Source of the DNA: Eledone cirrhosa
Lineage: Eukaryota
NCBI GenBank assembly: GCA_964016885.1
Contig: OZ024764.1
Coordinates: forward strand, 29,202,001 to 29,266,000
Length of the DNA stretch: 64,000 bases
Reading direction: 5' to 3'
Positions within the stretch are counted from its first letter, which is position 1, and each line of letters opens with the position of its first letter. This document shows, in pieces, positions 57,321 through 64,000 of this stretch. The notes under the pieces were generated by a model. That model made no database searches. It was not told the DNA's origin and worked only from the letters and a program-made list of their open reading frames with translations. The position numbers and the translations under genes were made by a program.

Positions 57321-57860
57321 CTTCGCCTCTTTCTGACTTTCACTCACTCTCTCTCACTCACTTACTGCCTCTCTGTCTATAACACACTCTCTCTCTTTTC
57401 CCTCTCTTTCTATATTACTTACTCACTCTGTCTCTTTTTTTGCTTTCACTCTCTCTCTTTCTCTATTTATATTACACTCTCTCACTGTTCTCTGTCTATC
57501 TATATCACACTCTCCCACAGCTCTTTGTCTATCTATATTACACTCTCTCACTGCTCTTTGTCTATCTCTACCACACTCTCTCACATCTCTTTGTCTATGT
57601 ATATCACACTCTCTCACTATCATCTGTATATCTATACTACTTTTTCTCTTTCACTGTTCTCTGTCTTTCTATACTCCTCGTCCATTACTATCTGTCTATC
57701 TTTATCACTCCCTTCTGTGCTGTTTCTCTCTCTCTCCCTCGTTTACTGCTGTCTCTCTATCTATATATCACCCCCACTCTGTCTCTGTCTTTCTCTAAAC
57801 AGGGTGAAAACAAGGTAATTTGTTCCATTTTCTCTCTATCTCGCCATATTGTACATAATG

Positions 57861-57916
<56 letters not shown>

Positions 57917-57934
57917 ATCTATTTGTTTTGCAAG

Positions 57935-58122
57935 ATTCTTCGCAGCATGGAGTTACGGCTCTTTACGTTCTCTGAGTTCAAATTCCGCCAAGGTTAGCTT
58001 TGCCTTTCATCCTTACGGGGGTCGATACAATAAAGTACCAGTAATGCACTAGGGATCGATTGAATCGACTTTCCCTTCCCCTAAAATTGTTGGCCTTGTG
58101 CCTAAAATCGGAAACAATTATT
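57935..58122 (+). mobile_element. 5'-truncated tRNA-SINE family 1
   Basis: GAGTTCAAATTCCGCC...TTTGCCTTTCATCCTTACGGGGGTCGAT. Confidence 0.75.
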
Positions 58123-58559
58123 ATTGGTTATTTTGTCAAAGCTCTTTCGTCACACATTGTGTGACCTCTTCAATGACTAATCGTTCACGATCGGCAATCT
58201 CCGTACACAATCAGTAATGCTAAGTTTATTTCCATATTGTTTGTCATAATCAATTGTTATTTTTCTAACTCTGCGTTTGTGATTTTTTATTATATATCAG
58301 ATGCCATTCATTTTCATCTTATTTTATTGCCGACTGTAGTCGATTATTGCCGAATATTGACGATTATTTTCTCGTCTGTTGCCGATTAATTTCGTTTTTT
58401 TTATAAAACATTTTTGTCTTTCTATTTTGTTTTTCTCCATTTCAGTGTTACTTAAAACGAAAGATTTCCCTACTTGGCAGCTATTTCTACTGGATGGATG
58501 AAGCAACCATATAAATAGCTTCCCACGTTGTAGTAGTGTTGTTGTTGTTGGTGTCAGCC

Positions 58560-58613
58560 ATGAGTGAAAAGAACAAGAAATTGCCTGTCTTCGTTGTTGA
58601 TGACCATAACGAG
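58560..58613 (+). CDS. C5orf22: C5orf22 homologue coding exon 1
   Basis: gccATGA start; [18 protein letters not shown]; |gtgcgt donor. Confidence 0.88.
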
Positions 58614-59066
58614 GTGCGTAGCTACTACTGTTACTACTAATACTACTACTAACACTACTATTACTACCACTAACACTACTACTACTACTATTACTACTAC
58701 TACTAACACTACTATTACTACTACTACTAACACTACTATTGCTACTACCACTAACACTACTACTACTACTATTACTACCACTAACACTACTACTACTACT
58801 AACACTACTATTGCTACTACCACTAACACTACTACTACTACTATTACTACCACTAACACTACTACTACTAACACTACTATTACTACCACTAACACTACTA
58901 CTACTACTAACACTACTATTGCTACTACCACTAACACTACTACTACTACTATTACTACCACTAACACTACTACTACTAACACTACTATTACTACCACTAA
59001 CACTACTACTACTACTATTACTACTACTACTAACACTACTACTACTACTATTACTACTACCACTAA

Positions 59067-59099
<33 letters not shown>

Positions 59100-59487
59100 C
59101 ACTAACACTACTACTACTACTACTACTAACACTACTATTACTACCACTAACACTACTACTATTACTACTACTACTAACACTACTATTACTACCACTAACA
59201 CTACTACTACTACCAATATTACTACCACCACTACTACTACTTTTAACTCCCTTCATAAAACTATGTGTATATATATATGTGTGTGTGTGTATATATATGT
59301 ATGTGTGTGTATGTATATATATGTGTGTATATATATATATATGTATGTGTGTGTGTATATGTATATATATGCGTACATATATATATATATGTATGTATGT
59401 GTGTATGTATATATATATGTGTATATATATATGTATATATATGTGTGTGTGTATATGTATATATATATGTGTATATATATATATGTA

Positions 59488-59518
<31 letters not shown>

Positions 59519-59553
59519 GTATGTATGTGTGTGTGTGTATGTGTGTATATGTA

Positions 59554-59600
<47 letters not shown>

Positions 59601-59611
59601 ATATGTATATA

Positions 59612-59656
<45 letters not shown>

Positions 59657-59677
59657 CATCATGTGTGTATATGTATA

Positions 59678-59728
<51 letters not shown>

Positions 59729-59802
59729 CATCATCATGTGTGTATATGTATATATATGTGTATATATATATATATGTATGTGTGTGTATATGTATATATA
59801 TA

Positions 59803-59837
<35 letters not shown>

Positions 59838-59864
59838 GTGTGTCATCATGTGTGTATATGTATA

Positions 59865-59935
<71 letters not shown>

Positions 59936-62900
59936 ATGTATATATATATATGTTTCTTTATTAGCCACAGGGGCACAAAAGAAGGGGACAAATACAAAGG
60001 GGGAAGTTTACATACAATAAAAACGTGTAAAATGTTTTCACAAATGCAATTTAAAAAATTAGTCGATTTTCCCCAATAGGGGGAGACAGTTCATATGGGT
60101 AACACAGAATGGAAGAGCTGACCCAAATATATTTTTTCTCCACCAAAGGTTCTACCATATATACACCAGTCAATTGGATCAAAACAGCTGCCTTTTTCAG
60201 GTGTCACCATTGTTCACTTCGATGCACATCCAGATCTCCTTGTTCCAAATTACCTCAAAGCTGCCGATATCTTTGATAAACAATGTGTTTACAAGTAAGT
60301 GAAGTCTTTATATCAAAGTCTATTTATTGACCCATACCCTACAATATTTTTGTTGTTGGTACTGTCCTATTTTAAGGATCCATTAACCCTTTCATGATCA
60401 CACATCTAATGAAATACACTCTATTTTAATTAGTTAATGAAAAATTTTGAAGGATTTTCTAAAATTATTAATTATTTCATTACTAAGATAGTTACTTAAT
60501 GTAAGGTTCTTATATAAGATTATGTTGGAAGATTTTAATTTAACCTTCAGCGCATGAGAGGCGCCCTCTGTCGTCAATACAGTAATCTTCCATTGATATA
60601 TATAAGGCAGTTTCAAGGGAAGTAATTCATTAAAAAATTCAGTGTTCTAAAGATTAAATAAAAACCCAGTATTTCAGTTGATTAATGAAGAATTTTGAGG
60701 TATTTACTAAAATTATTATTATTTCATTACTAAGATAGTAACTTAACCCTTTACGATTTACATTACTCTATATATACTATTGTATTTTCACAGTAAAGTC
60801 TTTACCTCACATAATATTTACATTACTCTATATATACTATTGTATTTTACAGTAAAGTCTTTACCTCACATAATATTTACATTACTCTATATATACTATT
60901 GTATTTTCATGGTAAAGTCTTTACCTCACATAATATCTCACATAACATTTACATTACTCTATATATACTATTGTATTTTCACAGTAAAGTCTTTACCTCA
61001 CATAATATTTACATTACTCTATATATACTATTGTATTTTCACAGTAAAGACTTTACCTCACATAATATCTCACATAATATTTACATTACTCTATATATAC
61101 TATTGTATTTTCACAGTAAAGTCTTTACCTCACATAACATTTACATTACTCTATATATACTATTGTATTTTCACAGTAAAGGCTTTACCTCACATAACAT
61201 TTACATTACTCTATGTATACTATTGTATTTTCACAGTAAAGTCTTTACCTCACATAACATTTACATTACTCTATGTATACTATTGTATTTTCATGTTAAA
61301 GGCTTTACCTCATAATATCAAATCTATGAGATTTTGATATTATTTTTTTTTAGAACAATACCTTAACATAAGTATAAGCGGTTGATTACAGCTGGTTTGA
61401 GCAGAAAGAGGTGAGAGAATTCTGGTCCTATACAGCCAGTTTAAAGGCTAAAGGGTTAATGTAAGGTTCTTATATAAAATTATGTTGGAAGATTTTATTT
61501 AAATTGGAAACCTTTAAAATGGGTGGTTTTATTTCATCGAACCAGAACCAGATTTGGCCAGGCTGGTAACGAAAGTTTTAAGTACCTGAAAACACATCTG
61601 GTTCTTTGATACACAAATGTTTGTTTTAAAGTGTTTATGTTTACCTAAGAAACCTTTTCTTATGTAAGAACCTTTGTTAAGTTATGTTCCAAACACTAGT
61701 TTAATAATGAGAAAGTTAGTTCTAGTACTAAACCCTTCTAAATTATTGATTATTTAAAAAAATTATTTGAACACCTCAGGGGACAGTGTCTTTAAGTCAC
61801 ACACTCACACACACTCTCTCTATTTAAGTACATATCTTTTACTTAGTGCTCCTCTTCTCTCTATATAGATGAGGGCAGCCACATAACTTTCTGTCCATCT
61901 ACTTCTTTCTGTCACCTCGAAAACACACAGTGTTCCATTTTCTCTCTCTATCTATGTAGATATCTCTCACTTGGTGCTCCCTCCCCCCCTCTATATAAAG
62001 TGAGCATGACAGACAGACAACACTCTTGTTATAATATAGATTATGGTCATATATTTTATTGCAAATAATTGGGGGTCTTATACACAAGTACAGTTTATAC
62101 CTCATTGTTTATATATCTATATTTGCAGTTCAGTTAGTATTGCCACTTGGATGGTACCCTTGCTTTATGCCGGACATGTGTCCACTGTGGTGTGGGTAAA
62201 GCCACCATGGGCTCAGCAGATTGATGATGGCACATACATGTTCTGGGTCGGGGAGTGCCGTACCTCTGGATACATCAGGTATGGTGTTACTATTCACCGA
62301 GCTTCCTTTTTCATTGCTTTGTCAAATACATCACCATCATCATCTTTGTCAGACACATCACCATTTTTGTCAAACGTCGCCGTCTCCGTCAAACATATCA
62401 CCACAGATGTACTAGGTGTATATTATCATGACACCAACACTACCACTTTACAGAGTGTACTGGGTGTGTTTTACCATGACACCAGCACTACCACTTTACA
62501 GAGTGTACTGGGTGTGTTTTATCATGGCACCAGCACTACCACTTTACAGAGTGTACTGGGTGTATTTTATCATGACACTAGCATCACCAATTTACAGAGT
62601 GTACTGGGTGTGTTTTACCATGACACCAGCACTACCACTTTACAGAGTGTACTGGGTGTGTTTTATCATGGCACCAGCACTACCACTTTACAGAGTGTAC
62701 TGGGTGTATTTTATCATGACACCAGCACTACCACTTTACAGAGTGTACTGGGTGTATTTTATCACGACACTAGCATCACCACTTTACAGAGTGTACTGGG
62801 TGTGTTTTACCATGACACCAGCACTACCACTTTACAGAGTGTACTGGGTGTGTTTTATCATGGCACCAGCACTACCACTTTACAGAGTGTACTGGGTGTA

Positions 62901-63543
62901 TTTTATCACGACACTAGCATCACCACTTTACAGAGTGTACTGGGTGTATTTTATCATGACACCAGCACTACCACTTTACAGAGTGTACTGGGTGTATTTT
63001 ATCATGACACTAGCATCACCACTTTACAGAGTGTACTGGGTGTATTTTATCATGACACTAGCATCCCCACTTTACAGAGTGTACTGGGTGTATTACATCA
63101 TGACGCCAGCACTACCACTTTACAGAGTGTACTGGGTGTATTTTACCATGACACCAGCACTAAGATTTTACAGAGTGTACTGGGTGTATTACATCATGAC
63201 GCCAGCACTACCACTTTACAGAGTGTACTGGGTGTATTTTATCATGACACTAATATTTTACATGACATTTATGTTAATAAAAGACTGAAATGTTTACATA
63301 TATGTTGCAGGTTGAGTTGTAAGATCAACTATTTTCTTAGTGAGGGCCTCTATGCCCCTCAGGAAGAGCTGGTCAACAAAAGAAAGGTTACCTTAATCAC
63401 AGTCACACTTCAACCCTCAACAACAAATGCACCACAACACTCCACTGCAAGCAGCTGCACACTCCCTTATTCCAAGGAAGCAGCAACAGAAACAACAACA
63501 TCAGACCTGTCACATATGACAACTGTTGAACATTTTTCAGATG
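58560..63543 (+). CDS. C5orf22: UPF0489 family protein, C5orf22 homologue; first four coding exons, continues beyond the window
   Basis: Exons 58560-58613, 60149-60294, 62129-62278 and 63311-63543 join in phase. [27 protein letters not shown]...[11 protein letters not shown]...[25 protein letters not shown]...[17 protein letters not shown] matches my recollection of C5orf22. Confidence 0.92.
58622..59240. repeat. (ACT)n-rich microsatellite at the start of the intron after C5orf22 coding exon 1
   Basis: Visible directly; source of the poly-T/V/S/L ORFs. Confidence 0.92.
60149..60294 (+). CDS. C5orf22: C5orf22 homologue coding exon 2
   Basis: [48 protein letters not shown]; |gtaagt donor. Confidence 0.93.
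60747..61455 (-). mobile_element. piggyBac-like MITE family A (expanded), nested in family B element of about 60386-61582
   Basis: TTAA|CCCTTTA...GCTAAAGGG|TTAA; 60/72-bp internal repeats. Confidence 0.8.
62129..62278 (+). CDS. C5orf22: C5orf22 homologue coding exon 3
   Basis: [49 protein letters not shown]. Confidence 0.92.
62408..63252. repeat. 48-bp minisatellite (about 17.5 copies), SINE-derived
   Basis: Unit TGGGTGTGTTTTACCATGACACCAGCACTACCACTTTACAGAGTGTAC. Confidence 0.9.
63311..63543 (+). CDS. C5orf22: C5orf22 homologue coding exon 4
   Basis: [35 protein letters not shown]...; |gtaagc donor. Confidence 0.9.
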
Positions 63544-63559
63544 GTAAGCACTATTTAAT

Positions 63560-64000
63560 CCTTTACCATTTACATTACTCTATATATACTATTGTATTTT
63601 CACAGTAAAGGCTTTACCTCACATAATATCTCACATAACATTTACATTACTCTATATATACTATTGTATTTTCACAGTAAAGGCTTTACCTCACATAATA
63701 TCTCACATAACATTTACATTACTCTATATATACTATTGTATTGTCACAGTAAAGGCTTTACCTCACATAATATCTCACATAACATTTACATTACTCTATA
63801 TATACTATTGTATTGTCACAGTAAAGGCTTTACCTCACATAATATCTCACATAACATTTACATTACTCTATATATACTATTGTATTTTCACAGTAAAGGC
63901 TTTACCTCACATAATATCTCACATAACATTTACATTACTCTATATATACTATTGTATTGTCACAGTAGAGGCTTTACCTCACATAATATCTCACATAACA
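63560..64000 (-). repeat. 72-bp tandem array of MITE A (runs off the window)
   Basis: Reverse complement of the 72-bp unit, starting about 16 nt after the exon 4 donor. Confidence 0.85.

Noticed and set aside
58324-60079. Poly-Ser/Val/Thr/Leu ORFs resembling mucins
   Set aside because: (ACT)n and (TA/TG)n tracts in a C5orf22 intron; the real exon is 58560-58613 in another frame.

Overview
Repeat-rich animal genomic DNA. The (TA)n/(CAT)n microsatellites, tRNA-derived SINEs and RTE fragments point to a coleoid cephalopod, probably Octopus (inferred). Nearly all long ORFs in the supplied track are artefacts of tandem repeats. Three spliced genes were reconstructed by hand with GT-AG junctions and consistent phases. 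(1) The 3' part of a coiled-coil plus BEN-domain gene (+, 2376-8418). (2) A complete 13-coding-exon PCIF1/CAPAM cap m6Am methyltransferase gene (-, 49169-20209, 982 aa) with WW domain and NPPF motif. (3) The first four coding exons of a C5orf22/UPF0489 homologue (+, from 58560), head-to-head with PCIF1. The introns hold tandem arrays, several grown out of SINE or MITE segments, plus nested TTAA-flanked piggyBac-like MITEs. The most unexpected signal is a set of type I hammerhead-ribozyme folds of the Penelope/retrozyme kind. The intact-core copies lie antisense to PCIF1. Two are 341 nt apart with the same palindromic stem III, and one is embedded in a perfect 105-bp inverted repeat.
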